A stretch of 64,000 nucleotides of DNA from Nitrososphaerota archaeon. Lineage in GTDB: Archaea > Thermoproteota > Nitrososphaeria_A > Caldarchaeales > Caldarchaeaceae. The notes under the pieces are model-generated. The model worked only from the letters and a program-made list of their open reading frames with translations. It did no database searches and was not told the DNA's origin. This document shows, in pieces, positions 1-10,557 of the stretch. The stretch lies in the NCBI GenBank assembly GCA_041641305.1, contig JBEPYN010000001.1, positions 160,001 through 224,000 of the forward strand. The letters are read 5' to 3'. Numbering within the stretch: the stretch's first letter is position 1; each line of letters starts with the position of its first letter. The translations under genes were made by a program, and so were the position numbers.

Positions 1-1
1 G

Positions 2-241
2 AGGCAGCCGAGGCTCGCTTTTTACTCGCCCCTTTCCGCAGCTGTGATGAATTACTGGAAGAACGCTGTCCCCCGCTACAGCATAAGCGATGAGTTGGCG
101 AAGATAGTAGAGTCTGCTTTGGTGAAAAAGTATCCCGAGTTGACTAAACGTGTTATGAAGATGATGAAATCTGGAAAAACAGGTGCTACAGCGTCCGTGT
201 CCAGACGTGTTCGATCTTCGAAGGAGGACGGCGGAGAGTAG
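2..241 (+). CDS. Hypothetical protein, 5'-truncated by the window edge
   Basis: Frame is open from position 2 (RQPRLAFYSPLSAAVMNYWKNAVPRYSISDELAKIVE...). No function recognised. Confidence 0.55.
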   Translation, partial: RQPRLAFYSPLSAAVMNYWKNAVPRYSISDELAKIVESALVKKYPELTKRVMKMMKSGKTGATASVSRRVRSSKEDGGE

Positions 242-1055
242 GTTTTACTCTGTCGGGCGGCGGATTGTGCAGAGCGTTTGAGAGATGTTGTAGTGCGTGG
301 GCTGCGGCTTCGAGGTGGTTGGCCGATTTTTGGTAGAGTGCGAGATAGAATCCTGTCAGCATGTCGCCGGCTCCTGTCAGATCATTCGCATCGGTCTTTA
401 TGCGTAGCAGGGTCAGGGAGCTGCGATGAGCGATGAAAAGCCCTTGAGCAGAGCCTACCAAGACCACGGCATCGGTGCCGAGCCCTAAGACACGCGTGGC
501 GGAGATTAAGTCACCTTCTCCGGTAACGGCTAACGCCTCCTCCTCGCTGCAGTGCAGAACGTCAACTGTTTTCAGAACCTCTGAGATGTCGGGGCTGCAT
601 AATGTTATCAATCCTCGGCGGTCGATTTTCCGAACAAATCCCTGTAAATCAGCCGCCAACAATGAGACATTTTTTCTAAGCAATCGTAGATGCTTTTCAC
701 CTGCCTCCCTGTAGACGGGTGATAGTAGAGCCGTGTCATCGTCAAAGTCTTCCAGAATATCTAGCGGTATATGCGGCCCCTCTGCAGCTATTCTAGAAAC
801 CCGGGCCCCATTGATGTATTTGTGTTCAAAGGTGTATGTCTTAGCGCCTACGATCTTTTTTACTCCGGAGATGTTGAGCCTACGTTGTTGCATCAATGCT
901 GTGAAGGTTTCTGGAAAATCTTCGCCGACCGCTGAGTAAACAGATACGTTTTGGGAGAGAGATGCGGCCGCGATGCCCGCGTACCATGGAGGCCCTCCTA
1001 TAGCTTTTCTCCCGCTCAGGATATCTATTGTCAAACCTCCTACGACAGCAAGCAT
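186..1055 (-). CDS. PfkB/ribokinase-family carbohydrate kinase
   Basis: N-terminal GGLTID and GGPPWY; C-terminal DLTGAGD signature. Confidence 0.85.
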   Translation of the reverse strand: MLAVVGGLTIDILSGRKAIGGPPWYAGIAAASLSQNVSVYSAVGEDFPETFTALMQQRRLNISGVKKIVGAKTYTFEHKYINGARVSRIAAEGPHIPLDILEDFDDDTALLSPVYREAGEKHLRLLRKNVSLLAADLQGFVRKIDRRGLITLCSPDISEVLKTVDVLHCSEEEALAVTGEGDLISATRVLGLGTDAVVLVGSAQGLFIAHRSSLTLLRIKTDANDLTGAGDMLTGFYLALYQKSANHLEAAAHALQHLSNALHNPPPDRVKPTLRRPPSKIEHVWTRTL

Positions 1056-1104
1056 CCCAAGGTGTTTTTGGTAGGGGAAAGATTAAATCATTGCCGTATA
1101 TTGT

Positions 1105-2118
1105 TTGGCTGGATTGACTCAAGTGGTCCCTCTAAGCGAGGTCGAGAAGCCGAGGCGTGAGGAGGTCAGGGGTGTTGAGAAGTTTAGGAACGCGGGTTAC
1201 CGGATAGTTGGTCGTCATTCTGCTGTGAAGGTTTGCCACTGGACCAAGTCGGCTTTGAAGGGTGGAAAGATGTGTTACAAGAGCTGGTACGGGATTGCGA
1301 GCCACCGCTGCATCCAGATGACACCATCTGTCCAATACTGTAACATGATGTGCGTTTTTTGCTGGAGGTTTCATACCTTGAACAGAGTGCAGCCATATGA
1401 TGGAGAATGGGATAGCCCCGAGGAGATTTTGGAGAGGATGATCGCGGAGCAGAGGCAGCTGCTCTCAGGGTTTGGAGGCAACCCGAACGTTCCCAAGGAT
1501 AGGTTTAAGGAGGCTATGGAACCTATGCACATCGCCATCTCGCTCGACGGAGAGCCGACACTATATCCCTACCTGGCAGAGTTCATTCAACTCGCGTCAA
1601 GCAGAGGAATGACCACTTTCCTCGTCACAAATGGAACCATGCCTGAGAGGCTTGAAGAGCTTCTCCAGAAGGCTCAGCCGACCTCTCTCTACATCAGCCT
1701 CTACGGCCCCGACAAAGAGACGCATGTAAAAACCTGTAAACCATTGATCAAGGATAGTTGGGAAAGGATGCTCAAATCCCTTGAGCTCATGGGGAGGTTT
1801 AGCTGCAGAAAAATCATAAGACTGACGCTCGTCAAAGACGTTAACATGCATAGCCCGGAGAAATTCGCGGAACTCATACGGAATGCTTCACCCGACTTTG
1901 TGGAGTGTAAGGGTTACACACACGTGGGAGAGTCGCAGCTGAGGCTGAAGAGGGAGAATATGCCTTCGCTGGAGGAAATAAACAGGTTCGCCGCAGAGCT
2001 CGCCGCAGACATCGGGTTCATCAAGGTGGCTGAGGATGAGGTGAGCAGGGTTGTGCTACTGGCGAACCCCAGCTCCCCCTACTACATAGAGGCCGCTAAG
2101 GTGGAAAATCCTTCTTAG
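1105..2118 (+). CDS. tyw1: 4-demethylwyosine synthase Taw1/TYW1 (radical SAM)
   Basis: HSAVKVCHWT, CYK, SHRCIQMTP, CNMMCVFCWR (CX3CX2C), GEPTLYP. Confidence 0.95.
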   Translation: MAGLTQVVPLSEVEKPRREEVRGVEKFRNAGYRIVGRHSAVKVCHWTKSALKGGKMCYKSWYGIASHRCIQMTPSVQYCNMMCVFCWRFHTLNRVQPYDGEWDSPEEILERMIAEQRQLLSGFGGNPNVPKDRFKEAMEPMHIAISLDGEPTLYPYLAEFIQLASSRGMTTFLVTNGTMPERLEELLQKAQPTSLYISLYGPDKETHVKTCKPLIKDSWERMLKSLELMGRFSCRKIIRLTLVKDVNMHSPEKFAELIRNASPDFVECKGYTHVGESQLRLKRENMPSLEEINRFAAELAADIGFIKVAEDEVSRVVLLANPSSPYYIEAAKVENPS

Positions 2119-2587
2119 CGCTGAGGAGTTTTTCATAGGTCTGGTCGACGGTCTCAGGCAGAACGCGGGTATCAGACACAACGGTCATGAAGTTTGTATC
2201 CCCACGCCATCGTGGGACAACATGAAAATGAATATGGTCTTCTATACCTGCTCCAGCTGATTTGCCGATGTTCGCCCCTATGTTGAAACCCTCAGGCCGC
2301 ATGATGTTTCTGATTACTTTAACCACCCATTTTATCAACTGCATCATCTCGAGCATCTCGTCGTCGGAAAGCTCCTCCAGCGACCCCACATGCCTAAAAG
2401 GTGTGACCATGACATGTCCATTATTGTATGGGTATATGTTCATGATGACGAATGATTTCTTGCCACGATGAACCACATACTTTTTCCTGTCATCCTTCTC
2501 CTCAGCCGCGAGGCAGAAAACACATCCAGGTTCTGTCTTTCCCTCTTTTATGTAAGCCATTCTCCATGGGGCATAGAGCCTATCCAA
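2096..2587 (-). CDS. HIT-family hydrolase (Ap4A phosphorylase/FHIT-like)
   Basis: LYAPWRMAYI, CVFC, HIHFHVVPRW histidine triad. Confidence 0.92.
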   Translation of the reverse strand: MDRLYAPWRMAYIKEGKTEPGCVFCLAAEEKDDRKKYVVHRGKKSFVIMNIYPYNNGHVMVTPFRHVGSLEELSDDEMLEMMQLIKWVVKVIRNIMRPEGFNIGANIGKSAGAGIEDHIHFHVVPRWRGDTNFMTVVSDTRVLPETVDQTYEKLLSAKKDFPP

Positions 2588-2588
2588 C

Positions 2589-3302
2589 TCATCGGCACCT
2601 CTCCAGACTCTGATTTAAGTTATCCCGTTCCAACCACGTGGCCCAATCCGGTCTAAGATAAGCTGAATAAACTGCGCCCGCCAACACATTTTCGACAGAG
2701 GCCAGAAAACCTCTCAAACTATGGACAGGAACAACAAAGACGTCCGACACTACTCTCTGCGAGGGCTCATAGAGAGAGACAACAACCGGCGCAAGAAAGA
2801 CCAGATGATCTCCTCCAAACCGTTTCGCGAGATACTTCTTTAAAAGACTGGTTCGTTCGAGTGATTTTTCCACGATTTTTCGCAGAGTTTTCCCCGCGAG
2901 TCGTTTGTTCCATCTCTTGCAGTCGACTGCGAGGCAGATGCTGGAGCCTGCAGCCAGCACATCAATCTCAGCCCTTCTCCCCTCTACTGAGAGCCTGTAG
3001 CCTGTCCGGCATGTGAACCCGGCTCTTCTACAGGCCTCTGCCACAAAATTCTCCATCTCCCTCCAGCTCAGAAAACGTGCAACAACCTGCGGGTCGGAGC
3101 CGCTGGCTATCGCCTCTATGGCGAGAGATATTTTTGCAGATGATGGGTTTGTCTCTGCCAGCACGCGGTTAACCTCCGTCTTCACCTCTTCGATGGAAAA
3201 AGTGTTTGAGCTGACAAAACCTTGAACATCCCCTTCCAAACTCCTGCTGAGGTATGCAAGAGCCGCCTCGTATATTTTTGACTTATCTGAACAAGTCATC
3301 AT
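2589..3302 (-). CDS. PD-(D/E)XK nuclease-fold protein (Mrr/NERD-like)
   Basis: WREMENFVA...EIDVLA...AVDCKRW pattern. Confidence 0.7.
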   Translation of the reverse strand: MMTCSDKSKIYEAALAYLSRSLEGDVQGFVSSNTFSIEEVKTEVNRVLAETNPSSAKISLAIEAIASGSDPQVVARFLSWREMENFVAEACRRAGFTCRTGYRLSVEGRRAEIDVLAAGSSICLAVDCKRWNKRLAGKTLRKIVEKSLERTSLLKKYLAKRFGGDHLVFLAPVVVSLYEPSQRVVSDVFVVPVHSLRGFLASVENVLAGAVYSAYLRPDWATWLERDNLNQSLERCR

Positions 3303-4047
3303 CCTCTGCTCTGATTATTGTTTTCGCCGGTATGTTTGTTTTATCGTATCTGAGCCCTCTTACAATGGCCGCCGGTATCCCCTCGTCAGCCTCCCCCATA
3401 ACAAGACCAGCGGCCGACGCAATCTGATCAGCTATGCAGATCACCTTTGAGCGGAGAACCCTGCCGTACAGGTCTTTTCGGCCCCGGAGGTCGTCGAGGG
3501 GGTTTATGCCGCTGCATCCTATCGCCACGTTTACAGCACCTTTCCTAAATGGCCTGCCCCAGCTATCTGTTATGACAACTGCTACATCCACGCCAGTGAG
3601 TTTCCGCAGGCCGCTGCGGATTCGATGAGCGGATGCGTCTGGGTCATCGGGCAAAGTGATCAAAAAATCTTCGCCTCCTGAGTTTGAGGCGTCGACACCT
3701 GCATTGGCGCAGACAAAGCCGTGAAAGCTTTCGCATATGATTACTCCGTGTCCAACTCGGATTACTTTAGACGCGTTGCGCAGCACCACCTCCACTTGGC
3801 GCGGGTCTTTTCCGGTGATCTTCGCCAGATTTATTGCGTGTTGTGAGGGAGTTATCTCCTCCAGCTGAACTATTTTTCCCTCAGCTTTGGAGATGAGTGA
3901 GTGAGCAACTACGACCACATCCCCGTCCTCCAAAGTTATGCCTGACTTCCTTAAACCTTCGAAAATCAGTTCGGCCACGTCGTCGCCTACTTTTGCTAAA
4001 CCTATTCCACGCACAGGAATTATTTCCAATTCAGCGACCCTATCCAC
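3283..4047 (-). CDS. cofE: Coenzyme F420-0:L-glutamate ligase
   Basis: SKAEG, CANAGVDASN, TDSWGRPFRKG, GEADEGIP motifs. Confidence 0.92.
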   Translation of the reverse strand: MDRVAELEIIPVRGIGLAKVGDDVAELIFEGLRKSGITLEDGDVVVVAHSLISKAEGKIVQLEEITPSQHAINLAKITGKDPRQVEVVLRNASKVIRVGHGVIICESFHGFVCANAGVDASNSGGEDFLITLPDDPDASAHRIRSGLRKLTGVDVAVVITDSWGRPFRKGAVNVAIGCSGINPLDDLRGRKDLYGRVLRSKVICIADQIASAAGLVMGEADEGIPAAIVRGLRYDKTNIPAKTIIRAEDDDLFR

Positions 4048-4346
4048 TATAGACCGAGTTTGTCGAGTTTTTTCTTCGCTTTGGCAGCTGAGACGGAAGA
4101 CAGGTCGAGAACACTCTCTTGCTCAACGGTTTTCCTCTTCACGAATAGGCCGCATCTACCGTCTGGTAGAAGCTTGACCTGTATGCATTGGGCGTATGGA
4201 CATTGATAGCCTATGCAGGGTGCGTCAACCCAGTTGCACCAAGGCGGGTTTCTCCTATAGTCCAGAACTTTCTTACCGCATCGGAAAAATCGACAGAGGG
4301 GATTGCATATAGGCGTCGGCTCTTTACTCAACGTCCAGTTCGGCAA
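4047..4346 (-). CDS. Small Cys-rich (8 Cys) hypothetical metal-binding protein
   Basis: CNPLCRFFRC...C...CIGYQCPYAQC...DGRC; its stop overlaps the cofE start. Confidence 0.7.
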   Translation of the reverse strand: MPNWTLSKEPTPICNPLCRFFRCGKKVLDYRRNPPWCNWVDAPCIGYQCPYAQCIQVKLLPDGRCGLFVKRKTVEQESVLDLSSVSAAKAKKKLDKLGL

Positions 4347-4389
4347 ACCCGAACCTCACTCTACGCAAACAAGGATGGAAGGTGGAATT

Positions 4390-6087
4390 TTAACGTTGTT
4401 TCCTTGAACGCAAAACGATATATGCTCCGGCAAGTAGCACAATGAGAACGGCCGCCAATATGATGGACGCGAGAAGCTGAGTTGAGATGAAAGCGTTGCC
4501 GACTGCTACCTCGTCAACAAACCTGATCTGAATATTTTCTGGGCCTGATGCGAACCTTCTCTCCCTAACCAAGAGGGTGTCTCCACTGTAAACGTCGACC
4601 ACTACGTGAGAGGGCAGCTCGAGAGTGATTTTCAAGGGTGTAGAGCTCGAAACAGTGTCCAGCAACTGTTCACTGTCTCCATATACCGTGACGCGCAGTC
4701 CCTCGACAGTGCGTCCTAGGGAGTCAAGAACCGTGATGGTTACTGGGAAGTTGACGGTTGTTAGCCGTATTTCCTGAGGTTCCGTTGATAGGTCTAAAAT
4801 TCTTTGGAAAACAACCCGGTCTCTATAACGTACGACCACTTCGTTGGGTCCAGGGAAAACGTCAGCTGCGGCCTGTCCATTTGAAATTGTTGTGTTCGTT
4901 GTCCTGTCTGTGATTGTGTCTCTTATTATCAACTGTGCTGATGGCAAAGGAGTGCCCGTGTAATCGACTATTCTTAGTGATGTTTTTGTCAGAGGAAGCG
5001 TAATCTCCTTGGTTATCTTGTATTCGTTTAGGGTGAGCCGCTCCACTTGTATGCGTGTTCTCCCTCGGAAAACTGAGATCTGGTAATCGCCTACGATTTT
5101 TGACTGGGGGACAAGACCTACTGTGAACTGACCCTGCTCATCCGTGACGCCGCCGGTGAAGTTACCGTAACCCGCCGCGCCCACGAGTATGCCTATTCCC
5201 TTAACAGGGTTGCCATCCGGGTCGAGAACCTTGATAACCACGTTCCCTACATCTGGTGTGAAGACAAACGCTGTGTAACCTTCTACGTTGAGGAGAGTGT
5301 TGTAGACAACCACGTCCCTGTTAGAAAGCTTGATTGACAAAGTGGCGTTGTAGCTGCCGACTATAGCCGAGCTTATCAACTGGTTTATTGAGGTGAAGCC
5401 ATCGACTACGTCAACACGTTCAGTGACGTTCCCAGCCCTTAGAGACAGCGACCCAGACAGCTTTATACGTGTTCCCTGGGAATCGGCAAACGAGAAGTTC
5501 GCGTTGACGAGCCCGGAGGAAATTGTCACCTCCTCGACATAGTTGTCAACCATCTTTTCGACGCTGCCGAGGGTTATGCCTTGTTTGAGAGTTGATACCC
5601 TATATGGGCCACCTATGGATGAAATGTTTGAGAAGGGTATGTCGGTGAATATTGCGACACCAGACCCATTTGTCCGCTGTGACGTTGAAACCACTCCATT
5701 TGGAGACAGAAGGTTAACGAAAAGGTTTGGCACAGGTTTTCCAGCAGTATCTACCACTTTTGCGTACACCCTTGAGAGCGGAGCAACTTCTCTCAGGAAA
5801 TTTGTCTCCGGGAATACTATTGTTCTTCTTATTAGCTCGATGTTTTGGAGAGAGATAGTGACTTGATATGTTCCAGGAGTAAGTTGTCTGAGGACTGCGT
5901 AACCTGTAGCGTTTGTCACCGCTGTTTCCCTGAAGTTTTCAGCCTGTACCGTAACAGTCAGCCCCGCCCGCGGAGATCCATCTCCGGCTGTAACAAGAAC
6001 TGTCAAAACCTGCCCCTGAGACTGCGCCAGCGTCAAATGAGGAAGCGTTAGAAGAACCACCAATAGAGTCAATGCGATTGCCTTCAT
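4390..6087 (-). CDS. Secreted, C-terminally anchored surface protein with repeated prealbumin-like/carboxypeptidase-regulatory beta domains
   Basis: Signal peptide, repeated V-D-x-x-G-x-P / T-x-x-x-G motifs, C-terminal TM helix followed by RSRKQR. Confidence 0.75.
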   Translation of the reverse strand: MKAIALTLLVVLLTLPHLTLAQSQGQVLTVLVTAGDGSPRAGLTVTVQAENFRETAVTNATGYAVLRQLTPGTYQVTISLQNIELIRRTIVFPETNFLREVAPLSRVYAKVVDTAGKPVPNLFVNLLSPNGVVSTSQRTNGSGVAIFTDIPFSNISSIGGPYRVSTLKQGITLGSVEKMVDNYVEEVTISSGLVNANFSFADSQGTRIKLSGSLSLRAGNVTERVDVVDGFTSINQLISSAIVGSYNATLSIKLSNRDVVVYNTLLNVEGYTAFVFTPDVGNVVIKVLDPDGNPVKGIGILVGAAGYGNFTGGVTDEQGQFTVGLVPQSKIVGDYQISVFRGRTRIQVERLTLNEYKITKEITLPLTKTSLRIVDYTGTPLPSAQLIIRDTITDRTTNTTISNGQAAADVFPGPNEVVVRYRDRVVFQRILDLSTEPQEIRLTTVNFPVTITVLDSLGRTVEGLRVTVYGDSEQLLDTVSSSTPLKITLELPSHVVVDVYSGDTLLVRERRFASGPENIQIRFVDEVAVGNAFISTQLLASIILAAVLIVLLAGAYIVLRSRKQR

Positions 6088-6113
6088 TGGGTTTTTTGTT
6101 CTTGACCCGGGTT

Positions 6114-6557
6114 TTAAATTTGAATGTTGTTTAGACGTTTTCTGAGGAATGTGTCAGCTTCAAGAAGTGTTTCCCGGGCTGTTTTAAAGGTCAGTCTCTC
6201 GAGGGCTTTTTCGAGGGGGAGCCAGACGAAATCGAGATGCTCCTGTGAAAGCGTCACCGCTCTGTCAAACACTTCTCCCAGGTAGAAGACAACTTCTTTT
6301 CTCACCAGCTTCCCGTTTTTCATGAACATGTAGTTGATTATCTTGCGAAAGCCTTCAACCAACTCTATCCTATGTATTCCTGTCTCCTCCCACACCTCTC
6401 GTAGAACAGCCTGCAGCTCCGACTCGTTCTTCTCGATGTGCCCCTTCGGAAAATCCCAGTGACCCGCTCCATACTTTAGTAAAAGATACTCGACACCGTC
6501 GTCCCCCTTGATATATAATACAGCTCCAGCGCTTCTCTCATCGACTCGACGCTTCAA
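6114..6557 (-). CDS. NUDIX hydrolase (Ap4A hydrolase-like)
   Basis: WDFPKGHIEKNESELQAVLREVWEETG Nudix box; LSQEH. Confidence 0.9.
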   Translation of the reverse strand: MKRRVDERSAGAVLYIKGDDGVEYLLLKYGAGHWDFPKGHIEKNESELQAVLREVWEETGIHRIELVEGFRKIINYMFMKNGKLVRKEVVFYLGEVFDRAVTLSQEHLDFVWLPLEKALERLTFKTARETLLEADTFLRKRLNNIQI

Positions 6558-6622
6558 CCCATTACATTTCTATGATTAGGTCGATATATGCTTAAATTCG
6601 GTTGGATAAAGTTATAGACAGC

Positions 6623-7498
6623 ATGCAGACTCTTCATAAACCTGAGTGGATTCGGGCAACTCTCCCTGGGCCTGGAGCTTATCCCAGGGTCAGGAGTGTT
6701 TTGAGAAAATATGGGCTACACACTGTCTGTGAGGAAGCGTTGTGCCCCAACCTCGGAGAATGCTGGGGAGGAGGAACAGCCACTATAATGATTCTCGGAG
6801 ACATTTGCACCAGGGGTTGTAGGTTCTGCGCAGTGAAAACAGGCAAGCCGAGTGGTTTTCTGGATACTAACGAGCCTGTAAACGTCGCGAGAGCTGTTAG
6901 CGAGATGGGGCTAAAGTATGTTGTTTTGACTTCTGTGTGTCGTGACGACCTCGAAGACGGCGGAGCTGGTGTTTACGCAGAAACCATCAGAAAAATTAAG
7001 GAGACAAAACCCGATGTCTTGGTAGAGGTTTTGATACCCGACTTTGACGCAGAACCCGCGGAGCTGAAAAAAGTTGTGGAAGCAGGGCCTGATGTTGTGT
7101 CTCACAACATAGAGACCGTAAAGCGTTTGACTCCTGTCGTGCGCGACCCACGTGCATCATATGAAAAGTCTCTGAAGGTTCTTCAATTGCTTAAGCAGAT
7201 AAACCCAAGGATCTACACGAAGTCGTCTATCATGGTCGGGCTTGGTGAGAGCTTTGAAGAGGTTGTTGAAGCGTTGCGTGACCTCCGCGCAGTGGATGTG
7301 GACTTTGTGACGATTGGGCAGTATCTTCGGCCGACGCTTAATCATCTGCCTGTAAAGGAGTATGTTCATCCCGATGTTTTCAAAAGGTATGAGCGCGAGT
7401 GTATGGCTATGGGGTTCAAATATGCTGCTTGCGGGCCACTGGTTAGGAGCAGTTACCGGGCTGGCGAATACTATCTCATGTCTATGCTGGGGAGGTGA
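6623..7498 (+). CDS. lipA: Lipoyl synthase
   Basis: [12 protein letters not shown] and CTRGCRFC motifs; C-terminal RSSY. Start taken at MQTLHKPEW. Confidence 0.96.
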   Translation: MQTLHKPEWIRATLPGPGAYPRVRSVLRKYGLHTVCEEALCPNLGECWGGGTATIMILGDICTRGCRFCAVKTGKPSGFLDTNEPVNVARAVSEMGLKYVVLTSVCRDDLEDGGAGVYAETIRKIKETKPDVLVEVLIPDFDAEPAELKKVVEAGPDVVSHNIETVKRLTPVVRDPRASYEKSLKVLQLLKQINPRIYTKSSIMVGLGESFEEVVEALRDLRAVDVDFVTIGQYLRPTLNHLPVKEYVHPDVFKRYERECMAMGFKYAACGPLVRSSYRAGEYYLMSMLGR

Positions 7499-8478
7499 GT
7501 GGTTTGCCTCAGTTGAACATGGCGCAGGCCCTGAACCTTGCTCTGCGCGAGGAGATGAGCCGTGACGAGAGGGTTGTGGTGCTCGGTGAGGATGTTGGAC
7601 GACGCGGCGGAGTGTTTCTCATCACTGAGGGCTTGTATGAGTTGTTCGGGCCCGAGAGGGTTATCGACACCCCTCTCTCCGAAGCTGGTATCATCGGCGT
7701 GGCGGCGGGCATGGCCATGAACGGACTGAGGCCCGTTGCCGAGATACAGTTCGCCGACTTCATCTTTGGAGGATTCGACCAGATAGTTTCTAACGTCGCC
7801 AAAATCAGGTACAGAACAGGAGGACAATTTTCTGTTCCCTTGACGATTAGGGCCCCGGTAGGAGGCGGCGTTAAAGGCGGCATGTTCCACAGCCAGAGCC
7901 CCGAGGCATACTTCATACACACGCCGGGACTGAAGGTGGTTACTCCCTCGACACCCAGCGACGCAAAAGGTCTACTTATTTCATCTATCAGAGATGAGGA
8001 TCCTGTGCTGTTTTTTGAGCCCAAGCGTATCTACAGGACTTTTAAGGAAGAGGTGCCAGAGGGAGAATATACTGTGCCGCTCGGTGTTGCGCGGGTTGCG
8101 CGAGAGGGCTCCGATGTTTCGCTGATTACCTACGCCGCCACGGTTCATGACTGTCTAAGAGCTGCTGAGAAGGCTGAGGACGAGGGCATAAGCTGTGAGG
8201 TGATAGACCTTCGGACGCTTCTACCTTTTGACAAGGATGCTGTCGAGAGGACTGTGAAGAAGACGGGTAGGCCTGTGATTGTGCATGAGGCGCCTAAGAC
8301 ATGTGGCTTCGGCGCGGAGCTTGCAGCCTTCATAGCCGAGAGGCTGTTGTTCGACCTTGAGGCCCCTGTTCTGAGGGTTACCGGCTACGATACACCGTTT
8401 CCATTCGTCCACGAGCATCATTACTTGCCCAACGAGACGAGGATACTGAACGCCATACGCAAAGCCGCAAGCTTCTAA
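7495..8478 (+). CDS. pdhB: 2-oxoacid dehydrogenase E1 beta subunit
   Basis: [27 protein letters not shown] motifs. Confidence 0.93.
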   Translation: MSGLPQLNMAQALNLALREEMSRDERVVVLGEDVGRRGGVFLITEGLYELFGPERVIDTPLSEAGIIGVAAGMAMNGLRPVAEIQFADFIFGGFDQIVSNVAKIRYRTGGQFSVPLTIRAPVGGGVKGGMFHSQSPEAYFIHTPGLKVVTPSTPSDAKGLLISSIRDEDPVLFFEPKRIYRTFKEEVPEGEYTVPLGVARVAREGSDVSLITYAATVHDCLRAAEKAEDEGISCEVIDLRTLLPFDKDAVERTVKKTGRPVIVHEAPKTCGFGAELAAFIAERLLFDLEAPVLRVTGYDTPFPFVHEHHYLPNETRILNAIRKAASF

Positions 8479-8491
8479 GGAGGCATAGTGC

Positions 8492-9871
8492 ATGAATTTT
8501 GATGCTGTTGTTGTTGGAGGAGGTCCGGGAGGTTACTCGACGGCGATAAGGCTAAGCCAACTCGGTTTAAAAACCGCTCTAGTTGAGAAAGAACATCTCG
8601 GCGGTGAATGCACCAACTGGGGATGCATACCGAGCAAGCACCTCATCACCCAAGCGAAAAAAATCCATTCGCTGATGGAGCTCTTAGGCTCAGGCCTTGT
8701 CACGGGAGAGATAACGGTAACCATGCCAAAAATCACCGAATCAACCCAGCAGGTTGTCCAAAGGCTGAGACAAGGAATCTCTTACCTACTCAAAACCTAT
8801 CGTGTAACTGTTTACAAGGGTGAGGCAGAGATAACCAGTCCCGGGATGGTCAAAGTTTCGAGCAACGGTGGCAAGGAATCTTTTGAGGCCAGAAACATAG
8901 TTGTTGCGACCGGGACTGTCCAGAGCAGTCTGCCAGCGGCTCCGTATGATGGGAAGCGCATAATCGGGTATAAGGAGGCCCTTTACTTGGGAAATGTTCC
9001 GAAGAAGATGCTGGTGGTGGGCGGCGGAGCAATAGGGGTTGAACTCGGGACGGCTTATAGACATCTCGGCTCCGAGGTTACCATTGTGGAGTTGATGGAC
9101 CAGCTCCTGCCCGGAATAGACCCTGACGCGGCCCGACTTCTAAAAAGAGGCCTCGAGAAAAAAGGTGTAAAGATTCATCTCAAGACGACCGTTGAAGAAA
9201 CCCGCTATGTAGACGGTGGTGTCGAGGCTCTTTTGTCGAATGATGTGAGAGAGGTTTTTGACATTGTCTTGGTTGTTGTGGGGAAGAGGCCGAGCGAATG
9301 GGTTAGAAAACTGGCTGACCTTGGGGTGAAGCTCGGCGAGAAGGGATATGTTTTGGTGGACAGCGGCATGAAAACATCCGTCGATGGAATATATGCGGTA
9401 GGGGATGTCACGGGCCCGCCTTTCCTCGCACATAAAGCATATAGACAAGCAACAGTTGCTGCAGAAAACATCGCAGGGAAAAAGAGCTCATACGACGGGC
9501 TTGTACCCTTCGGTGTCTTCACCTCACCAGAGGTCGCTACCGTCGGGCTAACAGTCGAGGCGGCGCGAGAAAAAGGCTACGACCCTGTGGAAGCAAGGTT
9601 TCCATACGCCGCTCTTGGTAGAGCAGTCGCCGACAATGAAGACGGATTCGTGAAAATTATCTTCGACAAAAAAACAGACAAAGTCTTTGGAGCAACTGTC
9701 GTGGGCCCGCATGCCACCGAGACCGTTTCTATTTTGACAACATTAATCAAGCTGGGCGCAACCGTGGATGAAGCCTCTGAAATAATACACATCCACCCAA
9801 CATATTCCGAGGCGGTCGGCGAGGCTATGCATCTTGCTCACAAGAGGTCGATCCACTATGTCACGCGATGA
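8492..9871 (+). CDS. lpdA: Dihydrolipoamide dehydrogenase (E3)
   Basis: GGGPGGY, GGECTNWGCIPSK redox disulfide, HPTYSE. Confidence 0.94.
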   Translation: MNFDAVVVGGGPGGYSTAIRLSQLGLKTALVEKEHLGGECTNWGCIPSKHLITQAKKIHSLMELLGSGLVTGEITVTMPKITESTQQVVQRLRQGISYLLKTYRVTVYKGEAEITSPGMVKVSSNGGKESFEARNIVVATGTVQSSLPAAPYDGKRIIGYKEALYLGNVPKKMLVVGGGAIGVELGTAYRHLGSEVTIVELMDQLLPGIDPDAARLLKRGLEKKGVKIHLKTTVEETRYVDGGVEALLSNDVREVFDIVLVVVGKRPSEWVRKLADLGVKLGEKGYVLVDSGMKTSVDGIYAVGDVTGPPFLAHKAYRQATVAAENIAGKKSSYDGLVPFGVFTSPEVATVGLTVEAAREKGYDPVEARFPYAALGRAVADNEDGFVKIIFDKKTDKVFGATVVGPHATETVSILTTLIKLGATVDEASEIIHIHPTYSEAVGEAMHLAHKRSIHYVTR

Positions 9872-10535
9872 ACTCTTTTTCCTCGACCTCGGCCTCCTCG
9901 ACTACAGAGAATGCCACGCAAAAATGCTGAGGCTTGTGGAGCAGAGGATTGCTCAGGAGGTGGGTGACACAGTAATCCTCGTTGAGCATCCGCATGTCTA
10001 TACTTTGGGGAGAAAAGGCAGGATGGAGAATGTCCTTGACAAATCTGTCCCGGTTTACCGAGTTGAAAGAGGCGGAGACGCCACGTACCACGGCCCCGGA
10101 CAGCTCGTCGCCTATCCTGTGATAGACCTGAACAAACTCGATGTGACAGTGGCCGGCTTCGTTCATCTCCTCGAAGACGTGTTGATTAAAGTTTTGCACG
10201 ATTTTTCTATAGAGGCGGAGCGTGTGGAGGGTTATCCCGGTGTCTGGGTGAGGGGGAAAAAGATTGCGTCAATTGGCCTGGCTGTGAAACAGTGGGTAAC
10301 CTATCACGGCATAGCCCTAAACGTCAACACAGACCTCTCAAAATTCATGGGAATAAGACCCTGTGGAATGGATAGCGAGATCATGACCTCGATGGAGAAA
10401 ATCCTCGGTCAAAAAGTGGACATGACAACCGTCAAACGAAGCCTCGTAAAACATCTCTCCCAAACACTCCGTAGGAACCCTGTCTACGTCACCGCTGCGG
10501 TCGCCGATACGGCCACCCTATTTAAATCCTTATAA
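9858..10535 (+). CDS. lipB: Lipoyl(octanoyl) transferase
   Basis: EHPHVYTLG, RGGDATYHGPGQ, KIASIG, PCG. Confidence 0.94.
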   Translation: MSRDELFFLDLGLLDYRECHAKMLRLVEQRIAQEVGDTVILVEHPHVYTLGRKGRMENVLDKSVPVYRVERGGDATYHGPGQLVAYPVIDLNKLDVTVAGFVHLLEDVLIKVLHDFSIEAERVEGYPGVWVRGKKIASIGLAVKQWVTYHGIALNVNTDLSKFMGIRPCGMDSEIMTSMEKILGQKVDMTTVKRSLVKHLSQTLRRNPVYVTAAVADTATLFKSL

Positions 10536-10557
10536 AGTATTTAAACCACATGAAGCC

